Counted from the stretch's first letter, positions 1-14,906 are shown. The stretch is DNA of 64,000 bases from Octopus vulgaris (GCA_951406725.2 OX597822.1:744001-808000); one strand, 5' to 3'. A program made the numbers and translations. The notes: generated by a model from the sequence alone, not told the origin.

Positions 1-33
<33 letters not shown>

Positions 34-321
34 CGTGTATGTGTATGTACATGTATATGTATATATGAATACATACATACATACCTTCGAAACGTGAAGT
101 AGGTAAAACAGGGGACAACTGATGAAGGGATTGTTCTTTGTGTTGCCTGTCTCGTTTGCTTCCTTCGTTGTCCGAAAAAAAGTTCGTTTTCCATGTTTTT
201 GTTTTTTTATGTTCTCGTTTTTCGTTTTGTTCGCGTCTTTTTGACGTCCTGTGCCCATATATGCATGCATATACATACACACACACACACACACACACAA
301 TATATATATATATATGTATAT

Positions 322-387
<66 letters not shown>

Positions 388-489
388 ATATACATATATA
401 TGTAGGTATGTACATATATGTATATATATGCATATATATACATTATTTAAATTATTTATATTACACACACACACACACACACACATAGA

Positions 490-753
490 TATATCGCTTG
501 ATCACTTGATCCACTAGACTATCGAATGTTATTCATCGCTGGTTACAAAGATATGTATTGTTTTAACTTTCGAATGATGCCACCCCGCCGGCTAGTGTGA
601 CCACAGGCTAACATTCCCTCACTGACTGAAAGACTGGTCCATCGCATAGTTACGCATTTACCGCTCAGTGGACTGTAGCAAGGTGAAATTAAGTGTTAAG
701 GGATCGAAACCACCGCCTTGAGTGCAAAGCACTTGACGACTGCGCCACCTGCC

Positions 754-757
<4 letters not shown>
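490..757 (-). mobile_element. tRNA-derived SINE, family C (degenerate)
   Basis: Minus strand starts GAAGGCAGGTGGCGCAGTCGTC...GGTTTCGATCCC (A/B-box-like). Its 3' part (CGGCGGGGTGGCATCATTCGAAAG...GTGATCA) matches the tail of the SINE at 57049-57323. Confidence 0.7.
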
Positions 758-799
<42 letters not shown>

Positions 800-811
800 A
801 GCATGATTCCT

Positions 812-1155
812 CGTACGTATGTATGTATGTATGTATGTATGTACGTATGTATGTATGTATGTATGTATGTATGTATGTATGTATGTATGTATGTATGTAT
901 GTATGTATGTGTGAATGTATGTATGCATGTATGTATGCATGCATGTATGTATGTATGTATGTATGTATGTATGTATGTATGTATGTATGTATGTATGTAT
1001 GTATGTATGTATGTGTGAATGTATGTATGCATGTATGTATGCATGCATGTATGTATGTATGTATGTATGTATGTATGTATGTATGTATGTATGTATGTAT
1101 GTGTGAATGTATGTATGCATGTATGTATGCATGCATGTATGTATGTATGTATGTA
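812..1155. repeat. (TATG)n microsatellite with higher-order structure
   Basis: TATG array in which the interruption GTGAATGTATGTATGCATGTATGTATGCATGCATG recurs three times (~911, 1015, 1103). Confidence 0.9.
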
Positions 1156-1284
1156 CGTAAGCGATGGTCCATCATAGCCGCAGTCAAATGACTGAAACAA
1201 GTAAAAGAATAACAGAATAAAAGTATATATTATATACATTACATATATGTATATATTTATACTATTATATATAATATATGTATA

Positions 1285-1346
<62 letters not shown>

Positions 1347-1665
1347 GTTATATATATGAATATATATATATATATATATATATTATGTATGTATGTATGT
1401 ATGTATGTATGTATGTATGTATGTATGTATGTATGAATGCATGCATGTATGTATGTATGTATGTGTATGCATGTATACACTCCTCTCGTCTCATGACGGT
1501 TTCATCTTCACTTCGTGACGTTTCTTTTGACATTTTGCTTCTATCCTTTTGGGCTGAGTTATGTCGAAGAGGGCAAACGGAATGGACGTTTCCACTTACA
1601 TTATTTAAGGAAACACACATCTGCATTGTCACGGTGTGTATATATAAATATATGCATATACATAC

Positions 1666-1701
<36 letters not shown>

Positions 1702-1776
1702 GTATAGGTGAGAAAGTTGGTGTGTGATATATACACATATATATATATATACATATATACATACATACATACATGC

Positions 1777-1825
<49 letters not shown>

Positions 1826-1846
1826 GTATATATATGTATGCATATG

Positions 1847-1877
<31 letters not shown>

Positions 1878-1973
1878 GTATATATATAGCTATATATATA
1901 TATACACAAATGCACATATACACAATATGTATATATATATATATATATGCATATATGTGTCTGTATACACATC

Positions 1974-2025
<52 letters not shown>

Positions 2026-2861
2026 ATAATGGATAATGCACAAATATTCGTATATATATGTGTGTGTGTGTGTGTGTATTATGTGCATGGCATGCGTGTG
2101 TGTGCATGTGTGTGTGTATATATGCATATACTTCTTTCTTCGACTAGTATATTTATATGTCCATATTCTGTCGATCTCACGAGCGTCACTATCCTTCGTC
2201 TACTGGATCGTCACCACAATCGCCTTCATCACCATGACCCCCACCATCGCGATCTACTCGCCTTACCCTAACACACAGACACACACACACACACATACTG
2301 AGAAAAATCCTGACCAAAACTTTATTGTTTAATAAAACTTTCCATTCCAATATCTATCAGATTCCGAATCCCCTCCGTCACTGTATCCCCCCCCCGCATC
2401 CCTCTACAATCACACCACCCAATCACTCCATATATTCTTCCTGACTCTAGTATCCTGTCCATCTCATGTTGTCCTGTAAACAAGTGTTTGCTAAACCAAA
2501 GCAGCAGTTCTATCGGTCATCGATGCTAATTGACCACATGATTACATTAATATGCTACGGACATTTTCCTAATGTGCCTGTCCTTCAATCATAAACATCA
2601 CGTTTTCGGTCATTGCTACAAAACCGCATCTATTACCATTGATCTTTCACCTCAACTGTTTTGCTTCCTTTTCCTAGCCGCCTCTGGAGAAATGCCCGCG
2701 CCGCCGCTCTTTCCCCCATCCCGAATTCGCGGCAGGCACACCCACGTGATCATTTACACATAACACACATATCTGTGCGTATCAATAGATACAGTCGTAC
2801 GAACCTGTATGCACTTATAGAAAATACAATATGCATGACTATAAACAGCTGTACACGTGCG

Positions 2862-2924
<63 letters not shown>

Positions 2925-3129
2925 ATGTATACATACGTATATACTGGCATGTGCATACCCACATACATTGATATTCACATGCGTACACAAAAACATTGGC
3001 ACTGTCGCATACATAGACACATACACACACATATATAAAAAACACACAATTTTACCCGTACTCACATATACATATATACACACAGAGACATATATCTATC
3101 TCTATCTGTCTATCTATCTTTTTATCTAT

Positions 3130-3205
<76 letters not shown>

Positions 3206-3224
3206 TTATCTATATATATATATA

Positions 3225-3258
<34 letters not shown>

Positions 3259-3734
3259 ATATATATATACTATATTTATATAGGTATATATATTTATGTA
3301 TATATATGTGTATGTATACACTTACATACATGCATACATACATATAGATATGTATACATGTATATACAACTACATACCTACCCGCATACCTACCAACCTA
3401 AATACATGCATATATTCATACGTGGTCTGCGCAAACATACATACATACATACATACATACACACATACATACATACATACATACATACATACATGCATAC
3501 ATGCATACATACATACATACATACATACATACATACATACATACATACATACATACATACATACGTGCACAGAGTCGTCCCTGTGGGAATTATTTATTGC
3601 CGCGACAAATCACGATCGCAGAAACGTTCGCCACCCCTCCACATTCACCCGCTCCACCTCATGAACCCGCTACCTTCACGGAGCTTAATATGATTGGAAT
3701 CGGACTATGACTCATAATGCTGTTTGCAGTCATT

Positions 3735-3778
3735 GAATAATAATAATAATAATAACAATAATAATAGTAATGATAATG

Positions 3779-3845
<67 letters not shown>

Positions 3846-4776
3846 TAATAATAATAATTATTATTATTATTGACGATGATGATGAGAACGTTGATTATGA
3901 TGACAATAATAATAAATATTATTACAGCTATTATTATTATTATTATTATTATTATTAGTGTTAGCATTATTGTTGTTGTTGCCGTTGTTGATGGTATTTA
4001 TTTGTGGAGACGATAATGCCGATAATGATGATGCAGATGAGCGTTAATGAAAACTGACCACAGATTGGAGGCAGAAGCAAATTGGCTGAATGAGGAAGAA
4101 GAAGAAGATGATGACGATGATGATGATGATGACTACGACGACGACGACGTCAATGATATGATGATGATTGTCGCCATCATGATGACGATGATAGAAGCAG
4201 CGGTGACAACGCCTATGACGACGACGGCGACCACGTCAATGATGACAACGATTGCCATGATGATGACGATGACGATGACGACCGCAGTGACGATGACAAC
4301 CGAGACGACGACGACGACGACGATGATGATGATGATGATGATGGTGGAGACGACGACGATGGCGAAGACGACGTCTACGAGGATGATGGCAGTTAAGTGG
4401 TGGTGGTGGTGGTGATGGTGGTGGTGGTGGTGTTGGTGGTGGTGGTGGTGGTGGTGGTGTTGGTGGTGGTGGTGTTGGTGACGATGATTATGGCAATAGT
4501 TGTTGACAACGATGATAACGATAACAATATTTATTGTCTTCGAAATCCTGCAACGTTGACGACGACGACGACGACGACGCCAGCAACCAGAATAGACGAC
4601 ATTGAATTAAAACGCCACTGGTGCCCACCACGACCACCACCATCAACAACAACAACAACAAGAGTTATAACAATGTCAACAAACTACAATAACGACAACA
4701 TCTTGCACTGCAACAAGAAAAGCGACAACAAACAACACAATCAACAGAAGCATTTAATTACTACTACTACTACTAG

Positions 4777-4822
<46 letters not shown>

Positions 4823-4832
4823 ACGACTACTA
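3735..4832. repeat. Compound trinucleotide low-complexity block (TAA/TTA/GAT/GAC/GGT/GCT)
   Basis: Successive trinucleotide runs are directly visible. The ORFs here are homopolymer translations. Confidence 0.9.
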
Positions 4833-5309
4833 ACGTTACATCGTACGCAATAAATATGAGGGATAAAATGATAATAATCGCGATGTTGCTGCAATCAAAT
4901 TTTGGCGAGAGGAATCGAATGGATTAAAAGAGAGCAAATGTAAGAATGTCTGCGATAGACATCGGTTGGAAAGTTGTCTTAGTCCCAGATGACTTGAAAC
5001 AGAAGTCGTCACGGTGGGAAATAGGCATATAATTTGATGTGCATGTATGTATGAATGTATGTATGAATGTATGTATGTATGTATGTATGTATGTATGTAT
5101 GTATGTATGTATGTATGTATGTATGTATGTATGAATGTATGTATGTATGAATGTATGTATGTATGTATGTATGTATGTATGTTTGTATGTGTATATAAGT
5201 TTGTATGTGTGTATGTGTGTAAATACATATGTATATATATATATAATATAAAAATACATGTATATACATATGTATATGTATATATGTATATATATATGTA
5301 TATATATAT

Positions 5310-5398
5310 GTCTTTCCTGAGCGTCCAATAACACTATACTTGTTCCAAGTCCTCGCGTTGTTGTGCTTTCTCTTTGTGTCTTCATGTTTGGATTAACT
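5310..5398 (+). mobile_element. Fragment of a Penelope-like non-coding terminal repeat
   Basis: Reverse complement of 49105-49185 (TTTCCTGAGCGTCCAATAACACTAT...CATGTTTGGATTAA). Confidence 0.6.
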
Positions 5399-6559
5399 AT
5401 GTATATATATATATATATATATGCATTCATGTGTATGAATATTTCATGTATGCGTACATATAAACACACTTATACACGCATACACGCACACATTATGTAT
5501 ACTCATATCTTTCTCTTTCTCCCTCTCTCTATATACATATGTATCTATATAAATACGTATATACATACATTTATATATATACTCATAGATACACACAGAA
5601 ATGTATGTCTATTACATGAGAGTGTGTGCGTGTGCGTATACGACCGTGTGTGTGTGTGTATCTGTGTGTGTATACATACACATATAAACCAAATGACCAG
5701 CTAACGAGTTTATGAATGCAGAGAGTGAATTATTTGATGGTTGAGTATAAAGCAGAACCCTGTTTTATTTAAATTTGCTTTTATATTTCTCAGTGTACAC
5801 ACACACACACGCGCGCACGCACGTGCACACACGTTCTAACACAATGTGTGAGTGTGTATGTGTGTGCTTGTATGCCTTTGTGCATGTGTACGTAATTGCA
5901 GATAACATGGCCGAATGGATTAAAATGCTGAACAGAAGATGATGTCCTAGCGGCCGGCGTGTTTGAAATTTAACCGCAATGCGCCTTTAAATTACAGTGA
6001 CAAATCACATTTTGGGATTCTCTTCAGTTTCCGTCTACCAAATTTAACTACGTACAAAGAATGCGTCGATACTGGGTTATAGAAAACAGCATTTACTCAA
6101 GATGTTTTGCAGTAAAGTTGAAACCGATATGTCGTGTGACCAAATGGTTGGGAAGTTCACTTCGTAATCCCAATATACCGGATTCAATGTCTCTGCATAG
6201 CACCTCGAGTAAATACCATTTTCTGTTCGCTAGTATCGACGGAAACCGAGTAAAATCCCAACGTATAACTTGTATTTTTAATTCAAATGTACCACCTTTG
6301 TTATACGCTGTGTCACATTGATTCTCTCTGATAATTACTTAATGGTACACAAGTATTTGGAATACTCAACCACTACTTACACGTTAACACAGTAGTTAAT
6401 TCAGTTGATTTAACATCTCAATCCTCGTTGTTGAACGATGGACACCCATTAAATAAGTAGTTTTATACATCTATATATATATATATATATTTACACACAC
6501 TCACACGTATATATACACATATATATGTGTGTGTGTGTGTATGTATGCCAATATATATG

Positions 6560-6611
<52 letters not shown>

Positions 6612-6615
<4 letters not shown>

Positions 6616-7245
6616 TTGAATAAAGTTAAAATATGGCCTTGTTTTCACATTTTTTATTATTTTTACAATGCTGAAGTGTGTTAAACAATAAAAACATATT
6701 TTGTAATGTTCATAAAGTTTAATTAGCACCTTCATACGTTCGTAGTAATCATCAGATTTCAAAATGTATTTAACTGACCGCCGAGTTCTTGACAACTGTA
6801 GAAAACTGACTGACTTCTTCCTGTATAGCTTTTATACCTTTACTCACTCCTAAAACCATTACATGTAACCGCAAGCTAATGGTTAATAAAAAGGCAGGAT
6901 TTATGTTAGCAATATTTGTGCGCCCGACAAGCCGTGACGTTTAAGATGCATGCAGATTGGTCAAAACCGTATTCGAAAAATTCAGCTTGCTGGAGTCTTC
7001 TAAGAGGTATAAAGAAGTCAGGAGATGTCAGTTATTTTACTACAGTCGTCAAGAACTCAAACTGTCAGTTAAATTCATTTTGAAATCTAATGATTACTAC
7101 GAATGTATGAAAGCGCTAATTGAACTTTATGAACATTACACAATATTTTTGAATGCTTAACATACTTCAACATTGTAAAAAAATCTTTTAAATATTATAA
7201 TAAAAAACATGAAAACTAGACCATATTTTATCTATATTCAACTGA
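6612..7245. mobile_element. Non-autonomous DNA transposon (MITE) with ~230-bp terminal inverted repeats
   Basis: 6612-6840 is the diverged reverse complement of ~7003-7245. Termini are TCAGTTGAATA...TATTCAACTGA flanked by TA, a Tc1/mariner-like end inserted at a (TA)n tract. Confidence 0.8.
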
Positions 7246-8776
7246 TATATTGTTCTATACACATTTATACAAATTCGGAAAACAAAATATGCATGTATGT
7301 ATGTATGTATATGTATGTGCGTGTATATATATATATATATACACGCGCGCACACACATATACTTTATTAAAAAGCAGCAGAAATATCAGAAAAACTGTTA
7401 CTCAGAAGCTGATATATTACGTTTCCCGTTTGAATTAGTGAGCGTAATGATGTAAGTTGTTAGCTAGGGCAAAGCAGAGACCCTCAGTTCAATTTCACTT
7501 TACAGTGAGAGCCACCTCAGTACAATAATGTTGTTAATGCGCGTCAGAGAATCCTAGACATTCCCCACCACCCTGTCCTCAAGACAGACTGGGTCTTTGT
7601 GTCTTACCATAAAGAATAAATGATTTAGTTGTACTTCTACGTTTTCATCTTTATTGTACCATACAGACATGATGGCTGTAAACTCGTGGACGAGTATGAC
7701 CATCACTGACAAAACAATGGATATACAAAATGTTAGGTCCAATAAGACTTGCACAATACATAACATACCCTCTCTACCCCACTGACATGATCCAGAGACA
7801 AGTCGATGTAACATGTCTTGTGCTAATATGGGACATAGGCTTAGGAATGTAGGACCTCAAGCGCAAATAAAAGTTCCCAGAACACTCAAAGCCTTTTCTG
7901 GTTTTATATCAACTGACCTTCTCCTAGAGACAAGCTTCAACAAAAGCTGAAAGGAGCCTTACTTCCAGTAGTTTTCTAACACACCGCACATCAACACAGA
8001 ATATCTAAGTGCTAGATAATCGTTAAACCTACATTGGGTTCTGCCGTCATTTTGACAGGTCTTGTTAGTCCTTCTGGGTTTCTAGCAACCGTCCTCACCA
8101 GCCCTAGCTTGGCGGGGGTCCCGGTTTAGTCGCAGACGATTCGACCAAGCAACTGGTTTATTGGATTCCATGTTACCAGTAGCACTCATGATAGACCTTA
8201 CAAGTGACCTGACATACATACACACATAGATACATACATAGATATACATGGTACATACACACATAAATGTGTCTAAGTATACACAAACTCAGTCAGAAAA
8301 AACTACTTTTTCACACAAGTATAAGTATAATGAAGTAAAATTGAAAATGCACTCGAAGTTTTTATGAATATTTTCTATTAAATTAACTGATTTCACAATT
8401 TCGTGGTTTCCAAAAATAGTGGGAGGTGGAGTAACTGTCTCGCCTCTGGCCGGCGTTTGAAAATGCCCTTTATTTTATGGAGAAATTGCCGCTTAAATTG
8501 CCATCTGTAAAGGTTCAGCTTTATTAGTTAAACATGATTACTAGGTCAGACACAGAATTTGGTTAGTTCTCTGCTTGCGATATTAGGGTATTCGGGCCAT
8601 GTGATTTTAAGATCCGTAATTCACCAAAAGTTAACGCTGCATTAGTCCAGTGTGCGTCTTCTATGATAGTATGAACAACAATAGCACATTGTGTCCGCAT
8701 GTTAAATCACGTGACATACAGTTTTATACATACAAACTATACATATACGCACAAGCATATATACATATATACTCAC

Positions 8777-8915
<139 letters not shown>

Positions 8916-9044
8916 TTTTTTTTTTTTTTTTTAAACCTTCAAAAGAAAAGCTCTACCTTGTAATTTGTTCTATCTGTGTGCAGCCCTGTGTGGCTAATAA
9001 AGAAACATATCTATCTATCTATCTATCTATCCATCCATCTATCA

Positions 9045-9126
<82 letters not shown>

Positions 9127-9203
9127 TTGTCTATCAGTGTGTGTGTGTGTGTGCGTGCGCGCGAACGTGTATTATACAGAGTTTCGATAAATTTCCTTTC
9201 CAA

Positions 9204-9603
9204 GGCGTAGGAGTGGCTGTGTGGTAAGTAGCTTGCTTACGAACCACATTGTTCCACGTTCAGTCCCACTGCGCGGCAATTTGGGCAAGTATCATCTACT
9301 ATAGACTCGGGCCGACCAAAGCTTTGTGAGTGAATTTGGTAGACGGAAACTGAAAGAAGCCCCTCGTATATATGTGTGTATGTGCGTTTATATGTTTGTG
9401 TCTGTGTTTGTCCCCCCCACAACATCGCTTGACAACCGATGCTGGTGTGTTTACGTCCCCGTAACTTAACGGTTCGGCAAAAGAGACCGATAGAATAAGT
9501 ACTAGGCTTACAAAGAATAAGTTCTTGCGTCGATTTGCTCGATTACAGGCGGTGCTCCAACATGGCCGCAGTCAAATGACTGAAACAAGTAAAAGAGTAA
9601 AAG
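9204..9603 (+). mobile_element. tRNA-derived SINE, family A, full length
   Basis: Head GGCGTAGGAGTGGCTGTGTGGTAAG...GTTCAGTCCC, internal TA/TG microsatellite, tail CAGTCAAATGACTGAAACAAGTAAAAGA. About a dozen full or partial copies in the window. Confidence 0.9.
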
Positions 9604-9884
9604 AATTTGAAAAAATCATTAAAAGTCGGTGATAATAAACACCTTTGAAGCAAAAGTGGTTTAATATCGAAGCAAAGTACATAAATGAAAACTTCGGAAA
9701 CATTTGTCTAACATGCAAGGAAATTCATTGAGGAAACTCAACTATAACAAATACAATAAATTGTGCAAATTGGAAAGATAATTTATGAAGATCCAAGTAT
9801 ATATGTACACACACACACATGTATAAAAATTAAAAGGGTGGTTTATTAGCAATTAGAACTTAAAGGCAAAATTAAAAGAGGTTC

Positions 9885-10075
9885 CAAAAGTGACCGAAGG
9901 TGCTGGCTAGCATCGCATATGTTAAAAATAAGAGTTAAATTAAATCTAAAGCCACGAAAGCACTAAATTTACCTCCCTTTGTCTGTCATTAATTTAATGA
10001 TTTAGTGGCTTTAGGGTTAATTTAACTCTTATTTTTAGCATAAGCAGTGCTGGCCAGCATCTTCCGTCACTTTTG
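9885..10075. repeat. Fold-back (inverted repeat) element with ~70-bp arms
   Basis: CAAAAGTGACCGAAGGTGCTGGCTAGCA...CTAAAGCCAC (9885-9954) pairs with GTGGCTTTAG...TGCTGGCCAGCATCTTCCGTCACTTTTG (10006-10075). Confidence 0.85.
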
Positions 10076-10314
10076 TGTCTTATGTATATAGCAAAAGGAA
10101 GGATATGAAACCCAGGTAGATACCGAATTTCTCTGCGGAAAATGCCAAGGCTAGTTCCTTCTGACGGTGCATTTCTTTGGTAATCTACCTTTAGCTCTCA
10201 TTCGATGTTGCAGTTTATTTCTTGGCTACTTAGAGCGTAAAGTACAATATTGATAATATGGCCCATGAAGAATTTGAACATTCAAACTTTAAGTTTATTT
10301 CCAATTAGTATAAT

Positions 10315-10410
10315 ATTCCAACACAGGTTTCGATCGCACCAGTCGCATATTGTTACATATTCGTATACAACGATTTATGCATTATTGGTACGATCTCTTC
10401 AAGACACATA
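10315..10410 (-). ncRNA. Decayed type I hammerhead ribozyme motif
   Basis: Minus strand: UUGAAGA, 10-bp stem II (GAUCGUACCA/UGGUGCGAUC), GAAA, CCUGU, GUU. C3 is changed to U and stem I is weak. Confidence 0.5.
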
Positions 10411-10663
10411 AATATGTTTGAAGAGGAATTTTCCTCCTGAATTAGTTTGAACATTCCACAATGAGATGTTTTTCCTCAACTGTTTGGGTGAAATTCAGTA
10501 GCATCAATAGCTGTGATTGTTGAGGTAGGTCAGCAATTATCCTTGGCTAGGCTGGGAGTGGTTAATTATAGAATACTTTTTTTTTTTAATGTTACTACAT
10601 ACTTTATAGTCACAAGGCATATTAGTGGATTTCAGAGTTGATTATATTATTTTCAATATTGTA

Positions 10664-10729
<66 letters not shown>

Positions 10730-10926
10730 ACACATACACACACACACACACAACTGAAAGAACTACTAGTGGTCCTATGCTACTATGATACTTGAACGCT
10801 ATATACATAGGCTTGTAAATACATTTGATAGTGTTTCTGTTTAAGGTTCAACGGGTAAATGCCAATTATTTCACGTTCTTCCGAAGTTTCTAACGTATTA
10901 TGCGAACGATATACATCTATACGTGC

Positions 10927-11068
<142 letters not shown>

Positions 11069-11879
11069 GTATACATGGGTGTATAGATGATTGGGCAGAT
11101 AGACATGTAAATATATAAACTGAATTTGAGATGTATAGAGGGAGGTTCAGGAAAAATAAAGCAATCAAGGAAACATATGTTTACGCGTTTGTAAGCATGT
11201 GTACCTGAACGTGTGTGCTTCTACATATGTGTGTGTGTGTGTGTGTGCGTTTCTACGTGAATGGATGTGTGCGTATAAGCACCTAATATGACACGTTACA
11301 AGCCACTTATGAAAGAAACGAGAAGGTGTGAAGTATTAGACAGATGTGTGAGGTTAATTAGTTTAATGTTGTCGCTCAAGAGATTGATGTTAGTGATCAG
11401 GAAAAAACATTTAAACGCACCCAACAAAAGATCACTTATCAGATATTTAGTTTAAAAGATTTTTTATGCATTTATATTTATTTCATACAATATTTGTTCC
11501 GCTTCACTGTTCAACGCTTTGTTACAGTTTAGTGACTTCATTTTTAGATTTCGTCTACTTCCTATGTTTTACAGGATGTTGATTTTGTACTACTTTCTAA
11601 AAACTTTCAATCAGTGTAGAGATAACCTGTATATCTGACATTGATCTCGTGTACACTGGGTTTATAACCTTTGTATTCTTTCTCTTTTTCTCTCTGTATG
11701 TGTGTATGTGTGTATGTGTGTGCGTATGTGTCCTTTACTTGTCTTACGGTAACCCTGGGTATGAAACACTTATTACATGGATATTCCGCCAATGGAATGT
11801 TTAGGCAAGTCACTTAACTCTAGCAGTCCTGCAATGGTAGTAATGATAATGAGAAACGTATGATCTATTTTTTTTCCAA

Positions 11880-12385
11880 GGTGGTAATATAACAGAATCG
11901 TTAGGGACATTTCTCTGTCATCACGTTCTGAGTTCAAATTCCGGGATCGATAATATAAAGTACGACTCAAGAACTGGGATCAATGGCATCTACTAATTCC
12001 ACCCCTAAATTCCAGGTCTTGTGCCTACAGAAGGAAGTATTATTTATTAACTCCCAGAATCGTAAGCACGTCGGATAAATTACTTATCGGCATTTTGTCC
12101 GTCTTTTGCCTTTCATCTTTTCGGGGTTGACCCATCTCCCCTAACTCCCCATCCCCACCAGCAGTTTCAGGCCATGTACTGATTGCAGGAGGAATTATTT
12201 CTTCCCTCGCAGAATCGTTAGCATGCCGGACAAAGTACTTTGCCGCATTTCGTCCGTTTTTACGTTCTGAGTTCAAATTGTGCCACGGTCGACTTTGCCT
12301 TTGGGACCGATGAAATAATTAGCAGCTGAGCCTGGGATGGATGTAGTCGACTAAGATCCTCCCTTTTTATTTCAGGCCTTACGTT
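11880..12385 (+). mobile_element. Cluster of degenerate family B SINE copies
   Basis: Repeated CAGAATCGTTAG...CGTTCTGAGTTCAAATT...GTCGACTTTGCCTTT motifs. Confidence 0.75.
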
Positions 12386-12957
12386 GTGTCACCCACAGTA
12401 CGTGAAAGAATTTGACGTCGACAAATTATCAGAGATATACGAGTGAATAAAGAGTGTGTTTTAGCATTTAGTTTTATTCTTCAACATTCCGAGTTTCAAT
12501 AATGCTAGAGTCAACTTTCACTTCTATTTTCTTATTTGTTTGTTGTTATTAAATAAGATAAATGCCAGTGATATATTGTTGTTGGCTCATTTGATAATAG
12601 CACCTTTTTCCGTAAAGAAATGAATAAATGGTTGAGAGAAAGTGTACAGCGATAGAAGAGGTCGAGCAAAAAACTGGTCAACATAGTTACCAAAATGAAA
12701 AGATATTCTGGATCAATAATAACAAGACTGAAACTTAACTGTATGATTTCTTGGAACCAGAAGACATTCTTAAGAACTCCGCCAGGCAGAGCTGAAGAAA
12801 ATATTTATTCAGTTTCTTTTTGTGAAGACTAGATTTTCTGGGTAGTATTATGAAGTAAAGCTGTACACAATATAAAATGCTGACTGGATAAAGCCGGAAA
12901 GCTGAAAACTTGCACGTGTTATTTGGGTTTTGTATTTGGTTAGCAAGACTCTAGTTA

Positions 12958-13116
12958 GGTGCAGGCGTGGCTGTGTGGTAAGAAGTTTGCTTTCCAGCCA
13001 TGTGGTTCCGGGTTCAGCCCTACCGCGTGATACCATGGGCAAATGTCTTCAACTATAGCCTTGGGCCGACCAAATTCTTGTTGTGAGTTGATTTGATAGA
13101 CGAAACTCCGAAAGAA

Positions 13117-13117
<1 letters not shown>
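12958..13117 (+). mobile_element. SINE family A, 5' half
   Basis: GGTGCAGGCGTGGCTGTGTGGTAAGAAG...GGCCGACCAAA, matching 9204-9360. Confidence 0.85.
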
Positions 13118-13157
<40 letters not shown>

Positions 13158-13821
13158 GCTTAAATATTTGTTGTGCAAGATTTTTTATGTGAAGTCGTGT
13201 GTTGAAACAGATATTGTTGTATTTAGGAATGGTCTTATTGCCAGTTTACCCAATAAAAACACACGCACTATATATTTGGTGTTATTTTGCTTCAGTGTTA
13301 TTTATTTTTTACATTAATCTTAATCTTATTTCGGCCAGAGTTCTTTCGTCACACTCCTGTGACCGCATCAGTGGTCCATTGTTTTCTTCTTTCTTATTTG
13401 TGTCTCTCCTTACTAACCGTCAGCCATTTTGTATTTCTATTGTATGTCTTCATTTGCGCATGCGTATATCTCTATGTGCGTCTATGTTTATTTAGTCTGT
13501 GTATGTGGGGGAGGCCTGTAATATTTGTATCTTCTGTTTATATATGTTCATGTAATTTGTATATTGTTTTTTTGTTTTTGTTGTTTTTGTTTATCCTTAT
13601 TTTGTTCATGTGTTTACATCCACTTATTATAATCATTACATATGCTTGTATGCATGTATGTATGTATGTATGTATGTATGTATGTATGTATGTATGTATG
13701 TATGTATGTATGTATGTATGTATGTATGTATAACAACAATACTAGTAATAATAATAATAAATCGAATCGAAAAAATAAGGATAAACAAAAACAACAACTT
13801 ATATGATGAATATTCTATATA

Positions 13822-14748
13822 TCTATATATATAAAACTCAACTTGTGTGTCTGTTTGTGTATCTGTGTGTGTGTCTGTGTGTTTAACTTCCCAGCACATC
13901 TCCTTCTAGCCAACAAATCGTAGAACCACCAAAAATGGGTCACTTAAAGTTTAGGCGAATTAAAATTGAACTGCGCTATTTCTGTTCCGAAATTCATCTC
14001 GCAAGTGCAAAAATCGATAATGTGTTTGTTTAGGCCTTATCTCATGCATTGAATAGTGAACTTTACTCAGTCAGCTGTTTGACGTGAACTGTGTTCACCA
14101 CGCGTGCACGCATGCGTAAATTGCATGAAAAATAAAAAATCAAGATATAAAAATGAATCGCCGTAAACATTGTAGAAATTAGGCAAAGAAATGAATTTTC
14201 GTATTAATCTTTTGGACTTTGTGAACACATGCCAATTGTTTTCATAACATTTTTAACGCTTTGAATTAAATGTGACCATTTTGCGTTGAGTCTGCAGTTT
14301 GAATCACTTTAACCAAATTTTAGCAGGCAGGATTTTTGATCATCATGATACATCGCCAGCGACTCCCTGAAACTCTCCCTTGAAATCCTCGTTGAGAAAT
14401 ATTGATCAAATAAATAATTCAACAATGCAATTATTTGATCAACAAAATGCATTGCGAATAAGCCCGCCATTTTCATAGATATGTAAAGATAAACATTCGT
14501 ACATGCTGCGGCGAATTCTACGGTTGGCTGTCGGGTTTGTAATGTTGTGTTTTTTCTTATATGTCTTGAGTTTGTTGCACTGATGAGCATAGAATGCATA
14601 TTCTGCATTAATTGCGAAATCAGAGGTGATATGTAACTAAATTCTTTTTTTAAATGACTTGTTTGAAGTTTTGCATTCGGTACAATTTGTTTATTTTAGG
14701 AGTTTTGACCGCAAGGGTCCCTCCTAGCGTGCGGTATCTATGAATAGT
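13822..14748 (+). mobile_element. Putative non-autonomous Helitron
   Basis: 5' end A|TCTATATATATAAAAC followed by GTGTCTGT repeats, the same start as 15672 and 55009(-). A 3' hairpin ACCGCA...TGCGGT lies near 14710-14735; the terminus is degenerate. Confidence 0.5.
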
Positions 14749-14873
14749 AGTACCCTCTATATAATATAAATAAATATTTTCAAAGTGGAAAAATTTACGG
14801 ATTTTTTCTCTTACGAGCTTTTTCACGCTAACTAATGATAATTTCTTATAAAGATTTTATCCTTAATTTTAAA

Positions 14874-14906
<33 letters not shown>

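Noticed and set aside
84-240. CCTTCGAAACGTG...AACTGATGAAGGG, hammerhead half-motifs
   Set aside because: The boxes are in permuted order and truncated by a microsatellite. A complete fold cannot be assembled; probably a Penelope-like terminal relic.
138-5704. Numerous ORFs rich in YI, HT, MYVC, poly-I, poly-V or poly-T
   Set aside because: They are translations of stop-free microsatellites, with no domain-like content.
5903-5990. tRNA-like A-box TGGCCGAATGG
   Set aside because: No cloverleaf and a degenerate B-box. At most a decayed SINE head.
7554-7814. 86-aa non-repetitive ORF
   Set aside because: No recognisable motif. Likely a decayed TE read in an arbitrary frame.
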